Source of the DNA: a virus
IMG/VR virus record: IMGVR_UViG_3300047558_000077
Location: 1 to 64,000 of that record
Reading direction: 5' to 3' (one strand)
Length of the DNA: 64,000 nt
Shown here: in pieces, positions 47,164 to 57,659 of the stretch
How positions within the stretch are numbered: the stretch's first letter is position 1
Layout: each line of letters starts with the position of its first letter
Made by a program: the position numbers and the translations under genes
Notes under the pieces: model-generated
The model's input: only the letters and a program-made list of their open reading frames with translations
Database searches by the model: none
What the model was told of the DNA's origin: nothing

Positions 47164-48047
47164 TTATAGGTGGAGCGGCAGGTTACAATTGGGATCAATT
47201 GAAATACTGGGTGAACTCCATCAACAAAACAGGATTTAAAGGTGATATTGTTCTAGTAGCAACAGACATGTCAGGTGAAACCGTAAAGAAGCTGGTAGAG
47301 AACAATGTAAAAGTATATGCATATGGTAAGCGTAATGAAAGTGGCGGAATAGAAAAGAGTGCAAACGGTATTCCGCCGCATGTTGAACGATTCATTTTCA
47401 TTTGGGATTATCTACGTAAGAACAAAGACGACTATCGATTTGTAGTTGTCACGGATACGAGAGACGTTATCTTTCAGAAAGATCCAACAGAATATCTGGA
47501 ACAAAATTTATTGTTTGGAGCAGCCTCTATCGTATGTGCGTCAGAAGGACTAGCATACAAAGATGAACCATGGGGCAGTAAGAACTTACTTGACACATTT
47601 GGTCCATTAGTATACGATGAACTTAAAGATAACTTGATATACAATGTAGGCACAATCGCTGGTTTTTACGAAGAAGTGAGAGACCTTATATTGCAGATAT
47701 TCTTTCAGTCAGTCAATCGTCCTATTCCTATTGTTGATCAGGCTGTGTTCAACTTTATCATTAGCATGAGCACATACAATCTAGAAGTGTTGAGAACAAA
47801 CAATCAGTCTGCATGGGCTGTTCAATTAGGCACAACACTAGAAGCGGTCAAGGCAGGTGCCGGTGATATTGGACAGATTGTCAGACAAGATCCATCTAAA
47901 CTTGAAGAATATATAAAAGCGTATCAAGATAAACAGCCTACAATTGATAATGAACTTGTGATGGCTGATCATGTTCCTTTTACAATCGTTCACCAGTGGG
48001 ATCGTGTTCCTGCTATCAAAGAATTGGTAATGAAAAACTATGCATAA
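47148..48047 (+). CDS. Glycosyltransferase-like protein
   Basis: ERF, TDTRDVIFQ.DP, NVGTIAG, DQAVFN, IVHQWDR. Confidence 0.7.
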   Translation: MAKDLIIGGAAGYNWDQLKYWVNSINKTGFKGDIVLVATDMSGETVKKLVENNVKVYAYGKRNESGGIEKSANGIPPHVERFIFIWDYLRKNKDDYRFVVVTDTRDVIFQKDPTEYLEQNLLFGAASIVCASEGLAYKDEPWGSKNLLDTFGPLVYDELKDNLIYNVGTIAGFYEEVRDLILQIFFQSVNRPIPIVDQAVFNFIISMSTYNLEVLRTNNQSAWAVQLGTTLEAVKAGAGDIGQIVRQDPSKLEEYIKAYQDKQPTIDNELVMADHVPFTIVHQWDRVPAIKELVMKNYA

Positions 48048-48894
48048 GTTGAGATTAGGTTTCGCTGACACATTCGATGGTGCCAAAGAATACTTTACAC
48101 ATCTTTTATCAAAACGTTTTGAGGTAGTTCGGGATGATGTTCATCCTGACTATCTTATCTTTGGTGATAGAAACTTTGGTGAAAGCAATCTAAGGTATCA
48201 AAATTGCGTTCGTATCTTCTACACAGGTGAGAACCAACGTCCTATTGATTATCGCTGCAACTATGCAATCTCATTTGATCATCCTACAGATAGTCGGATG
48301 TTTAGACTTCCTCTATATCTAATCTATGAGTATGATCATAAGATTTGGCAGAATAGAGAAGCAAGACATGAGGATGATTTTGACAATAAGAAGTTCTGTT
48401 CCTTTGTTGTCAAGAATCCTGGTTGCAAGTATCGCAATGACTACTTCAATATTCTTTCTAATATTGCTCAAGTGGATTCTGCTGGTCCTTTGTTCAATAA
48501 CATGCCTGACGGATGGCGACCAGAAACTGTTTCTGACAAAGTAAAGTTCATGAGCAACTACAAATTCAATCTTTGTTTCGAAAATAGTTCTTATCCTGGA
48601 TATTGCACAGAAAAGCTATTTGAGGCTTTGTGTGCTAAGACTGTTCCGATTTATTGGGGTAGTCCAACAGCCGCACTAGATTTCAATCCTAGAGCGTTTC
48701 TCAATCGTTATGATTATTCTAGTGACCAGGCTTTCTTTGATGCTATCGTGAGACTACATACTAACAAGGATGCATATAATCAAATGTATCTACAGCCAAT
48801 GTTTAGGGATGATGAGTTTGTTAGAAACTTTAATCCTGATAACTTCCTAGATTGGTTTCAACAAAATGTTTATCAAGGTGTGATCAACAAATGA
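48040..48894 (+). CDS. GT10 alpha-1,3/4-fucosyltransferase-like protein
   Basis: FYTGEN, KFCSFVV, YKFNLCFENS..PGYCTEKLFEA....TVPIYWG fucosyltransferase motif. Confidence 0.88.
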   Translation: MHKLRLGFADTFDGAKEYFTHLLSKRFEVVRDDVHPDYLIFGDRNFGESNLRYQNCVRIFYTGENQRPIDYRCNYAISFDHPTDSRMFRLPLYLIYEYDHKIWQNREARHEDDFDNKKFCSFVVKNPGCKYRNDYFNILSNIAQVDSAGPLFNNMPDGWRPETVSDKVKFMSNYKFNLCFENSSYPGYCTEKLFEALCAKTVPIYWGSPTAALDFNPRAFLNRYDYSSDQAFFDAIVRLHTNKDAYNQMYLQPMFRDDEFVRNFNPDNFLDWFQQNVYQGVINK

Positions 48895-49619
48895 ATAAAG
48901 CTCTAATCATTACTCCCACAGGTCGTTCAATCTATCACCACGAAGATTATGACAAAGACAATCACTGGCGCTTTACAAAGCCAGAGAGAACATATGAAAC
49001 ATGTGTGGTGGTCTATAATGACTTTCAGCCAGAGCCAGGAACATATGACTATATCATTCGTCGTAAAGGTCTAAAGTGGAATCTCGTTCCTGAGGTTTCT
49101 AAGATTATCAACTGGCAGGACTACGACTACATTGGTGTGTGGGATGATGACTATGCTACAGATATTCAATCTATCAATAAGGCTCTTGCATATGCTCGGC
49201 GCTATGACTTTAGATTGTTTCAACAAGCAACAACCTCATTTCAAACTTACGATTGTCTAAAGCACAATCCAGAGTTTGCTTTCACGGAAACAAACTTTAT
49301 TGAGTTAGGTGTTCCATTCTTTCGTAATGATATCTATCGCAAAGTTCTTCGCTTTCTTGAGGACTACCGTTATGAGAAGTCTGATTGGGGAATTGATAAA
49401 GTTCTTTGTTACTATCTACAGGCATCGGCTCATGTTGTCCATGATACAACAGTTAGACACATGCTTCCAGATGAAAGCACCTATAATAAAGAAGATGGCT
49501 TTAGAGAAATGGAATATCTAATGCGTGACTTCTTTCCCAAGTATATGAAAGAGAACTTTGGATTAGAATATCAGTATACAGATGTTCAACAAGTGATAAG
49601 GGCTTATAAACATGGATAA
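48891..49619 (+). CDS. DUF707-like glycosyltransferase
   Basis: YDYIGVWDDD, TNFIELGVPFF, WGID. Confidence 0.6.
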   Translation: MNKALIITPTGRSIYHHEDYDKDNHWRFTKPERTYETCVVVYNDFQPEPGTYDYIIRRKGLKWNLVPEVSKIINWQDYDYIGVWDDDYATDIQSINKALAYARRYDFRLFQQATTSFQTYDCLKHNPEFAFTETNFIELGVPFFRNDIYRKVLRFLEDYRYEKSDWGIDKVLCYYLQASAHVVHDTTVRHMLPDESTYNKEDGFREMEYLMRDFFPKYMKENFGLEYQYTDVQQVIRAYKHG

Positions 49620-50412
49620 TATGACAAGATACATCAACTGGATGGAAGTATCAGATCAGTTTAGAAAAAGTCTTCCTTTCAATCACGTTATCATTGATGA
49701 CTTTTTTCTACCGCATATTGCAGAACAGTTAGCTAACGAGTTTCCTGATTATAATGATCCGGCTCTTGGCTATTACAATAATGCCATCGAGAACAAGAAG
49801 GTCTTTAACAAGTGGGATAAGTTTCCGAAGTTAACATATCAGGCATTTACTATGCTTGGTCGTCCTAATTTTTTGTTTCATATTAGAGGTCTTATCGGCA
49901 ATCCTAACAACACCGAACTATGGATGGACTATGGATTGAATGGTGGTGGTTGGCACATGCACACCAAAGGCGGTAAGAACAATGTGCATCTTGACTACAA
50001 CATTCATCCTAAGTTAGGTGAACAACGCAAACTAAACATCATCGTATACATGACTCCTAACTGGAAGTCGGAATGGGAAGGTGGTCTAGAACTATGGTCA
50101 CATGATAATGTAACTCGTAGGCCAAAGGATCTGGTTAAGACAGTTGAAAACAAATTCAATCGTGCTGTTATTTTCGATACTACACAGAATAGCTGGCATG
50201 GATTGCCTAAAGAACTAAAGTGTCCTGATGGTGTTGTTCGTAAGTCTCTTGCTGCTTATTACGTTCAACCTGCACCAGAAGGTGCTGATCCTCGTGGCAA
50301 GGCTCTATTTGCTCCTACAAAGGAACAAGAAGGTAATCCAGAAATCGAACAACTTATCCGTGAACGCTCGAATGTGGCAACTGCCGATAAGTTCCATGCA
50401 GGTGACAAGTAA
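49612..50412 (+). CDS. 2OG-Fe(II) oxygenase
   Basis: PFNHVIIDDF, GGGWH, HLD, WEGGLELW, FNRAVIF...SWHG, RKSLA.YY. Confidence 0.85.
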   Translation: MDNMTRYINWMEVSDQFRKSLPFNHVIIDDFFLPHIAEQLANEFPDYNDPALGYYNNAIENKKVFNKWDKFPKLTYQAFTMLGRPNFLFHIRGLIGNPNNTELWMDYGLNGGGWHMHTKGGKNNVHLDYNIHPKLGEQRKLNIIVYMTPNWKSEWEGGLELWSHDNVTRRPKDLVKTVENKFNRAVIFDTTQNSWHGLPKELKCPDGVVRKSLAAYYVQPAPEGADPRGKALFAPTKEQEGNPEIEQLIRERSNVATADKFHAGDK

Positions 50413-51122
50413 TGGAAGAAATAGATGTAGTATTCTTTATCAATAGTGCTATGAATGTCACTGGTCGTTCCCTCTACTCTAACGATGTTAGATGGGAACA
50501 GACACAGGAAACGATTTTATCTATTGACAAACAGGTACCAAATAATATAAAATACTTAATTGATGGTTCATTCCTACCAATTGAGGAATACAAACTTAAT
50601 TGGTTGAAAGACCATAATGTTCGTGTAGCTCTAACTGGTCATATTCCAGGTATTACAGAGATATCAAAGAACATCGCACAGTATGGTATTGGTAATAGTA
50701 TTGCAGAGACTCGTTCAATGTTCATGTTTGTGGATCACTTTCTACAGTCTGAATATGGAAACATCAAAGCAAAGCGTATATGTAAGTTATCTGGTAGGTA
50801 CAAGATAAATGAAAACTTCAAGTGGGATGATCCTAACTTTGAAAATAAGTATGTCTTCGTGAAGCATCATGCGTCAAATAGTCCTGTGAAAGAACAACTT
50901 GGTCTAACTGGATTGTTTGTCGTGCGTTGCTGGCATATGGATTATGCTCTACTACATAACTACAGAGAAGTCATTCTTAGCATCGCTAACGATTGTGCCA
51001 ATCTCGGTATCGATGCAGAGAACTCTTATTATAAAAACATTCCTAAAGATTTACTTTATGAAGTGGAAAAGATTGGCGTAGAAGGTTATGTCTCACCCGT
51101 GGGAGTCTATGAAAATGAGTAA
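50412..51122 (+). CDS. Hypothetical glycan-cluster protein
   Basis: R.EQT..TI.SI and KLSGRY motifs, often seen in phage glycan loci. Confidence 0.5.
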   Translation: MEEIDVVFFINSAMNVTGRSLYSNDVRWEQTQETILSIDKQVPNNIKYLIDGSFLPIEEYKLNWLKDHNVRVALTGHIPGITEISKNIAQYGIGNSIAETRSMFMFVDHFLQSEYGNIKAKRICKLSGRYKINENFKWDDPNFENKYVFVKHHASNSPVKEQLGLTGLFVVRCWHMDYALLHNYREVILSIANDCANLGIDAENSYYKNIPKDLLYEVEKIGVEGYVSPVGVYENE

Positions 51123-52161
51123 AACACTATTGATTACAGGTGGTGCTGGGTTTATCGGTCACCACGTTATTGACTTGTTCCTACAGAAAACTGATTGGAA
51201 CATTGTCTCACTAGATCGCCTAGATTACTCTGGCAATCTAAATCGTCTTGATGATGTTGTGCGGCGCTATCCTGTGGAAACTCGTAAGCGTGTCAAGGTT
51301 GTATATGGTGATCTTCGTGCAGAAGTCACAGCATTACAGCAAAACTTTATTGGTGATGTTGATTACATACTTCACATGGCTGCGTCGTCACACGTTGACC
51401 GCTCTATTGAAGATCCAATGTCATTCGTTATGGACAATGTTGTTGGTACAGTCAACATTCTAAACTTTGCCCGCAAGTGTAAGAACCTCAAGCGGTTCAT
51501 CTATTTCAGCACAGATGAAGTTTTCGGTCCTGCACCAGGTACTATTACATATGGCGAGCGTGATCGCTATAACTCAACTAATCCTTATTCAGCATCTAAG
51601 GCGGCTGGTGAAGAAATGTGTGTTTCCTTCGAGAACACATACAAGCTACCTATCTTCATTACACATACAATGAACGTCTTTGGACAGCGACAGCATCCAG
51701 AGAAGTATATTCCTATGTGTATTCGTAAAGTTCGTAATGAAGAGACTGTTACTATTCATTCCGATCCTTCTAAGACTACACCTGGTTCACGCTTCTATAT
51801 TCATGCCGCTGACGTTGCTGATGCCATGTATTTTCTATTGCATCTAACACCAGAGCAAGAAGCAAAAGTTCATGAGCCTGATTATGGTGGTGCCAAGTGT
51901 CCAAAGTTCAATGTAGTTGGTAAAGAAGAAATCAACAATCTTGAACTTGCAGAGTATATTGCACAAGCAGAAGGTAAGATTCTAAACTTTGAAATGGTTG
52001 ACTTCCATTCTTCACGTCCAGGTCATGATCTTCGATATGGTCTATCGGGTGAGTATATGAAGTCTCTTGGTTGGGAACCAAAGTATACTCTTCGTGATCG
52101 TATCAAGGAAGTAGTTGATTGGTCGCTTGCTAACCCAGAATGGATCGAGGTGACAGAATGA
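51115..52161 (+). CDS. dTDP-glucose 4,6-dehydratase (RmlB-like)
   Basis: TGGAGFIG, HMAASSHVDRSI, STDEVFG, PYSASK, RPGHDLRY. Confidence 0.9.
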   Translation: MSKTLLITGGAGFIGHHVIDLFLQKTDWNIVSLDRLDYSGNLNRLDDVVRRYPVETRKRVKVVYGDLRAEVTALQQNFIGDVDYILHMAASSHVDRSIEDPMSFVMDNVVGTVNILNFARKCKNLKRFIYFSTDEVFGPAPGTITYGERDRYNSTNPYSASKAAGEEMCVSFENTYKLPIFITHTMNVFGQRQHPEKYIPMCIRKVRNEETVTIHSDPSKTTPGSRFYIHAADVADAMYFLLHLTPEQEAKVHEPDYGGAKCPKFNVVGKEEINNLELAEYIAQAEGKILNFEMVDFHSSRPGHDLRYGLSGEYMKSLGWEPKYTLRDRIKEVVDWSLANPEWIEVTE

Positions 52162-52724
52162 GTGTAACATATAACTTTTACGAGCCACTGAAAGACCCAC
52201 AATGGATATCAGGAAAAGATATTCTTCCTCTACTAGCAGACTTTAAGAATCCTGTTGGTATTGAAATTGGTGTTGATGAGGCACCAACAAGTTGGTTCTT
52301 TCTAAAGAATAGACCAGACCTGAAACTATTCGGTGTTGATCCGTTTCAGGCATATCAAGATTGGTATCCTGAAGGTTATATCAGTCAGCGTCAACAGGAT
52401 GAAAAGTATGAGAACATGCGTCGTCGTACCGCAGAGTTTGGTGATCGATGGAAACATTATCGTTTAACTTCTGATGATGCTGTTCCTCTATTTACAGATG
52501 ATTCATTCGACTTTATCTTTATTGACGGTCTGCATGAGTATGAACAGGTCCTAAAGGACTGTAAGAACTATTGGCCTAAGATCAAGAAGGGTGGTGTATT
52601 CGCAGGGCATGACTATCGTGTTATTGAAGGTGTCGGTCGTGCTGTTGATGAATTTGCTGCTACAGTAGGCGCAACGCCTATTCATCTACCAGAACAAGAT
52701 GCTTGGTACTGGATAAAGGAGTAA
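52158..52724 (+). CDS. Class I SAM methyltransferase (Methyltransf_24-like)
   Basis: GIEIGV, FDFIFIDGLHEYE.V..D, GGVFAGHDY, GV.RAVDEF. Confidence 0.85.
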   Translation: MSVTYNFYEPLKDPQWISGKDILPLLADFKNPVGIEIGVDEAPTSWFFLKNRPDLKLFGVDPFQAYQDWYPEGYISQRQQDEKYENMRRRTAEFGDRWKHYRLTSDDAVPLFTDDSFDFIFIDGLHEYEQVLKDCKNYWPKIKKGGVFAGHDYRVIEGVGRAVDEFAATVGATPIHLPEQDAWYWIKE

Positions 52725-52727
52725 ACT

Positions 52728-53948
52728 ATGGATTGGGAATGTCGTCCGATTACAGAATGTATTGCATGTGGTTCAAGCGATTTGGTTCCTGTGTTGGATC
52801 TCAATTCTCAACCATTAGCAAACTCATATAAGAAAGATAAACTAGAACAACAACCAGAGTATCCTCTAGCAATCAATCGCTGTAAACATTGTTATCATGT
52901 TCAACTAACGCATCAAGTAAATCCAAAACTAATGTTCACGGATTATGCTTATGTGTCAGGTACAGCTAAAACGTCGCTAGACTATTTTGATTGGCTAGTT
53001 GATCAAATAGTAAGAAAATACGGCTCTACACCAGAGTCAGTTCTAGATATCGGATGCAATGACGGTAGCTTTCTAAACGCATGGGGTGGCACGGGCACCG
53101 TTACGTTTGGTGTTGATCCTGCTGAAAACTTGCATCCGATATCTTCTAAACATCATCGTGTTCATTGTGGCTTCTTTACAGGTAAAGAGTTTGGTGACAA
53201 AAGATTTGACGTTATTACATGTCTAAATGCATTCGCTCACAACGCAGATCAGTTATCATTACTAAAGAATGTGGCGACACGTATGCATGAAGATACGTTA
53301 TTGTTTTGTTCCGTGTCTCAGGCTAATATGATATTAAATGGTGAGTTTGATACAATCTATCATGAGCACCTATCATTCTATAACATCAAATCTGCAAGAG
53401 CCTTGTGTAAACGAGCAGGGCTAAATTTGATTGATGTTATCAAGCACAGCATTCATGGTGATAGTTATATCTTTGTTATCTCGAAAGTGAAAGAAGCAAA
53501 AGTCTATATCGAGTCATTGATTCTAGAAGAAGAGAAGATGGGTCTTTATGATCCTGAAACCTATGATGAGTATGCTGAAAAGTGTTATTTCATTGCGGAT
53601 AAGTTTGCAGAAACGATCAGAGGTTATCGTGCATTAGGTGTCACTGTTATTGGTTACGGTGCTCCTGCCAAGGGCAATACACTAATGAACTTTGCTAATG
53701 AAGGTCCAGACTTTATTGTTGATGATAATCCTTTAAAGCAACTCACATTTACTCCTGGTATGTCTGTGCCAATCTATTCACCTTCATACATGACGCTAAA
53801 CTATTTTGAAACGAAACGTGTTTGCTTTGTTCCGCTTGCTTGGAACTTCTATGATGAAATTGTTGCTAACATAAGAAAGATTAGACCAGCACATACACAT
53901 AAGGATATCTTCGTGCGTTACTTCCCAAAGTTTGAAATCAATGAATAG
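52728..53948 (+). CDS. NDP-hexose C-methyltransferase
   Basis: Zn site CIACGS...C.HC.HVQL, DIGCNDG, FDTIYHEHLSF, GYGAPAKGNTL, PLAWNF. Confidence 0.88.
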   Translation: MDWECRPITECIACGSSDLVPVLDLNSQPLANSYKKDKLEQQPEYPLAINRCKHCYHVQLTHQVNPKLMFTDYAYVSGTAKTSLDYFDWLVDQIVRKYGSTPESVLDIGCNDGSFLNAWGGTGTVTFGVDPAENLHPISSKHHRVHCGFFTGKEFGDKRFDVITCLNAFAHNADQLSLLKNVATRMHEDTLLFCSVSQANMILNGEFDTIYHEHLSFYNIKSARALCKRAGLNLIDVIKHSIHGDSYIFVISKVKEAKVYIESLILEEEKMGLYDPETYDEYAEKCYFIADKFAETIRGYRALGVTVIGYGAPAKGNTLMNFANEGPDFIVDDNPLKQLTFTPGMSVPIYSPSYMTLNYFETKRVCFVPLAWNFYDEIVANIRKIRPAHTHKDIFVRYFPKFEINE

Positions 53949-54726
53949 AGTTGCCTACTATCACATTCATCTAACAGATGATCCTCTAATCTGGACTTCT
54001 ATCTTTCTTGAACAAATGAAATGTATAGAGGATTCTGGATTGATTCAGAATCTAAATAAGATGCGAGTTACTTGCATTGCACAGGATGATGACCGCATCC
54101 AGATGTTTGTTCGTCTATGCGAATCCTATAACATTCCTATGGAACTAACAGCGATCAAGAACCCATTTGACAATGATCGTGACATGCTCTATAATAGAAA
54201 CACTAATAAGTCATGCACGGAAGACATTACGTTAAAGCGTATATGGGAAGATTGTAAAAAGGAAGATATGAAAGTTCTTTACTTTCATTCTAAAGGTTCT
54301 ACATCATATTCCACTAATGTCAATGTCAATAACATCGTCAAACATAAGGAATACTTTTACTGGCGTTCCTTTATGAATTGGGCTGTGTTGGAGCAATGGG
54401 CTTTTTGTGAGAACGCATTGGATAGATATGATATTGCTGGTGGTGACTATCATGAATTACCTTCCCCACATTTTTGCGGTAACTTCTGGTGGGCAACTTC
54501 GGATCATATCAAGCAATTGCCAGACCCACTAGATAAAGCATGGTGGCATGAATTACAAAAGAGGACAGATGATGCTTGGATCAAACAAGCACCAGTTAGA
54601 ATGTATGATGAAATGTGGATCGGTGCTAGAGAAGGTATCAAAGTATATAACGTGATTGATCTAAAGGGTAAGAACCCAGTCAATCAATGTTTATCTGAAT
54701 TAGACTGTGAGAGGCTTATGCAATGA
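53941..54726 (+). CDS. Hypothetical glycan-cluster protein
   Basis: LYFHSKG, WR.FM, HFCGNFWWA and EMWIG motifs. Confidence 0.55.
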   Translation: MNRVAYYHIHLTDDPLIWTSIFLEQMKCIEDSGLIQNLNKMRVTCIAQDDDRIQMFVRLCESYNIPMELTAIKNPFDNDRDMLYNRNTNKSCTEDITLKRIWEDCKKEDMKVLYFHSKGSTSYSTNVNVNNIVKHKEYFYWRSFMNWAVLEQWAFCENALDRYDIAGGDYHELPSPHFCGNFWWATSDHIKQLPDPLDKAWWHELQKRTDDAWIKQAPVRMYDEMWIGAREGIKVYNVIDLKGKNPVNQCLSELDCERLMQ

Positions 54727-55964
54727 AAGTAACAGTGATTGGTGCGGGAGGTCATGTTGGTCTTCCGTTTTCTCTTGTGGTAGCAGATGCGGGACATATC
54801 GTATATGGTGTTGACCTGAATGAAGAACTTATTCTAGCACTGAATAGTGGTATTGTGCCTTATATTGAACATGGCGCAGAAGAACTACTAGTAAAGCACA
54901 CATCAGAAGGTAACATCGTTTTCACTACCAACGCATCTATGATAAATGAATCAGATGTTGTTGCCATCATGCTTGGCACACCTGTTGACGAAGAGAACAA
55001 TCCACGACTAGATGATTTGTTTGACTTTGTTGATCATACTCTTATGCCTAATATGAAGAAAGATACGTTGGTGCTGTTAAGGTCAACAGTATCACCAGGC
55101 ACAACAGAAATACTTCGTGATCGTATTGAATCGATAACTGGATGGATAGAAGGTAAAGATTTTTATCTGGTGTTTGTTCCTGAAAGAGTTCTACAGACAA
55201 AAGGTATTGAAGAGACAGCAAATCTACCAGCATTGATTGGAGCATTTGGAGATAACTCATATTATAAGGCTAGAGAGTTTCTAGGAACATTCATCAAGGC
55301 ACCTATGTTTCTTCTAACACCAAGAGAAGCGGAGATCGGTAAACTTATGACGAATATGTTTCGTTATGTTACCTTTGCTCTTGCTAATGAGTTTTGGATG
55401 ATTGGAGAAAAGCAAGGTGTGGATATGCACCGTGTCATCCAAGCAGCAAATTATGGTTATGAAAGAAATGCTATTCCTCTACCAGGTCCTAATGTCGGCG
55501 GTCCATGTCTATTCAAAGATGGTAGATTTCTTCTATCAGACATACCGTTTGCTGATCTTATTCAGACCTCGTTCCATATCAATGAAGGTATGCCAGACTA
55601 CATCTTCAATCGCATCAAGGAGATGAATCCTAAGGTAAGATGTGTTTTGATTCTTGGTGCGACCTTCAAGAAGGACTGTGACGATACACGAAACAGTCTA
55701 TCATTCAAAATGAAGAAGGTATGTAAGAAGAATGGTGCCGAGGTGTATATGTGGGATGACTATATTCCGTGGCCAAAGGACAAGGATTTTCCATACAGAG
55801 AACATTTTGATGCTGTTATTGTAATGACACCTCATACAGGCACAGAAGCAAAGTGGCCGCTAAATGATTTCAATGATGATTGTATCATCGCAGATATCTG
55901 GAAGATGTATCCAGAAAGTAAACTAAGTAAGTCAGGCATTTATAGAGTTGGAGATATGTTGTAA
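54723..55964 (+). CDS. Nucleotide-sugar dehydrogenase (UDP-Glc/GDP-Man/UDP-ManNAc DH family)
   Basis: GAGGHVGLP, RSTVSPGTT, PERV, AEIGKL..N, GGPCLFKD, LGATFK..CDD.RNS. Confidence 0.9.
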   Translation: MKVTVIGAGGHVGLPFSLVVADAGHIVYGVDLNEELILALNSGIVPYIEHGAEELLVKHTSEGNIVFTTNASMINESDVVAIMLGTPVDEENNPRLDDLFDFVDHTLMPNMKKDTLVLLRSTVSPGTTEILRDRIESITGWIEGKDFYLVFVPERVLQTKGIEETANLPALIGAFGDNSYYKAREFLGTFIKAPMFLLTPREAEIGKLMTNMFRYVTFALANEFWMIGEKQGVDMHRVIQAANYGYERNAIPLPGPNVGGPCLFKDGRFLLSDIPFADLIQTSFHINEGMPDYIFNRIKEMNPKVRCVLILGATFKKDCDDTRNSLSFKMKKVCKKNGAEVYMWDDYIPWPKDKDFPYREHFDAVIVMTPHTGTEAKWPLNDFNDDCIIADIWKMYPESKLSKSGIYRVGDML

Positions 55965-55988
55965 GGATCGGATTTACTAAATAGTATT

Positions 55989-56044
55989 GTCCGTCACGGA
56001 GTTGGCGCTCCCACGGACTCTAATACTGTTTAGGAGTATCAGCA
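55989..56044 (+). ncRNA. Structured leader RNA motif, copy 2 (upstream of GIY-YIG gene)
   Basis: Follows late promoter CTAAATA (55977-55983). Covaries with 39501-39558. Confidence 0.65.
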
Positions 56045-56668
56045 ATGTTCTATATTTATGCCTATCTCAGGCAAGACAACACACCATATTATATCGGTAA
56101 AGGAAAAGGTCGTAGGGCTTGGACTAAGTATAAGGGAGAAGTGTATCCTCCTAAAGACAAAACTCGTGTGGTCATTATGGAAGATAATCTAACAGAACTT
56201 GGCGCTTTGGCTTTAGAAAGAAGATATATTCGTTGGTATGGACGTAAAGATAATGGCACAGGTATATTGAGAAATATGACAGATGGTGGTGACGGAACAA
56301 CAGGTATCATCAGAGACGAGGAATGGAGTAGAAAGCAAAGAGAGTCACAACCTAAAAAATTTGGTTTAGATAATCCATTCTATAACAAGCAGCACAATGT
56401 AGAAACAAAAAAGATAATGAGTATCAAAAAACAGGGTGAAAATCATCCTATGTTTGGAAAGAAACAAAGTAATACTACAATAGAAAGAAAAGTAAAGAAA
56501 CTATCAAAGAAGTGGATGATAACATTTCCAGATGGTCATAGTGAGATTATAAAGAACATAAAAGAGTTTTGTAGAGATAAAGATTTTGGTCCGAGCCAAC
56601 TATATAATGTCGCTTATGGAAATCAAAAATCTTGTCACGGATATAAATGTCAGAAAATGGAGAACTGA
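56045..56668 (+). mobile_element. Free-standing GIY-YIG homing endonuclease with NUMOD3-like repeats
   Basis: FYIYAY...YYIGKG...[26 protein letters not shown] and HPMFGKKQS repeats. Confidence 0.88.
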
Positions 56669-56669
56669 A

Positions 56670-57659
56670 ATGCGTGTATTGGTCACTGGAAGTGAAGGAT
56701 CGTTGGGACAGGCTGTCATACCACTATTATTGAAAAAAGGTTATGTTGTGACCGGCGTAGATAATCTTGCCAGATACGGTGAAAGATTCGGTTTAGCAGG
56801 TAATGATTATACGTTTATCAAGTGCGATCTAACTGACGGACTTAGTGTCCAGAGATTGATGGATCAGGTAAAACCGGATTATATTCTACAAATGGCTGCC
56901 ACTATTTACGGGGTTTCAGGGTTCAATAAGTATTGCGGTGAGATGTATAAGGACATTGCCCTACACGATAATGTCCTTCGTGCTGCTGCTAATCATAATG
57001 TTGAAAAGGTAATCTACATTTCATCTTCTATGGTGTATGAGAACTGCCCACAAGACATTGCTTATCCGGTTCCTGAGGATATTGTTGATAGTAATCCAGC
57101 ACCTTATACAGACTATGGTCTATCAAAGTTTGTCGGTGAGCGTGTATCTAAGGCATATCTAAAGCAGTATGGTCTAAAGTATACTATCTGGCGTCCATTC
57201 AACATCATTACACCATATGAAAGAAGTGAGTCCGAAGAAGTTGGTATCTCACATGTCTTTGCCGACTACATCAAGAATATCGTTATTGAAAAGAAGAAGC
57301 CACTACCTATTCTAGGTGATGGTTATCAGATTCGGTGCTTCACATGGATTGATGAAGTTGCTGCGGCTATTGCTGACTATTCATTTGATACTAAGACCGA
57401 CAATCAGATTTACAATCTCGGTAATGCTGAACCAATCTCTATGCGTGTTCTAGCAGAGAAGATCAAAGACATTGCCTCTAAAGAATATAATCTGATTGAA
57501 GATTACTTCCTTCTATATGAGACTATCGGTGATTATCAGAACGATGTTCGTGTCCGTATTCCAGATTGTGAAAAAGCCAAGAATGAACTTGGTTGGGAAG
57601 CACGAATGAAAGTTGATGACTCTATTCGTATGTGTCTCAAGTATGTTGCGGAGAAATAA
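56670..57659 (+). CDS. NAD-dependent nucleotide-sugar epimerase/dehydratase (possibly UDP-GlcA decarboxylase-type)
   Basis: TGSEGSLG, SSSMVY, YGLSK, RPFN, GDGYQIRCFT. Confidence 0.85.
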   Translation: MRVLVTGSEGSLGQAVIPLLLKKGYVVTGVDNLARYGERFGLAGNDYTFIKCDLTDGLSVQRLMDQVKPDYILQMAATIYGVSGFNKYCGEMYKDIALHDNVLRAAANHNVEKVIYISSSMVYENCPQDIAYPVPEDIVDSNPAPYTDYGLSKFVGERVSKAYLKQYGLKYTIWRPFNIITPYERSESEEVGISHVFADYIKNIVIEKKKPLPILGDGYQIRCFTWIDEVAAAIADYSFDTKTDNQIYNLGNAEPISMRVLAEKIKDIASKEYNLIEDYFLLYETIGDYQNDVRVRIPDCEKAKNELGWEARMKVDDSIRMCLKYVAEK

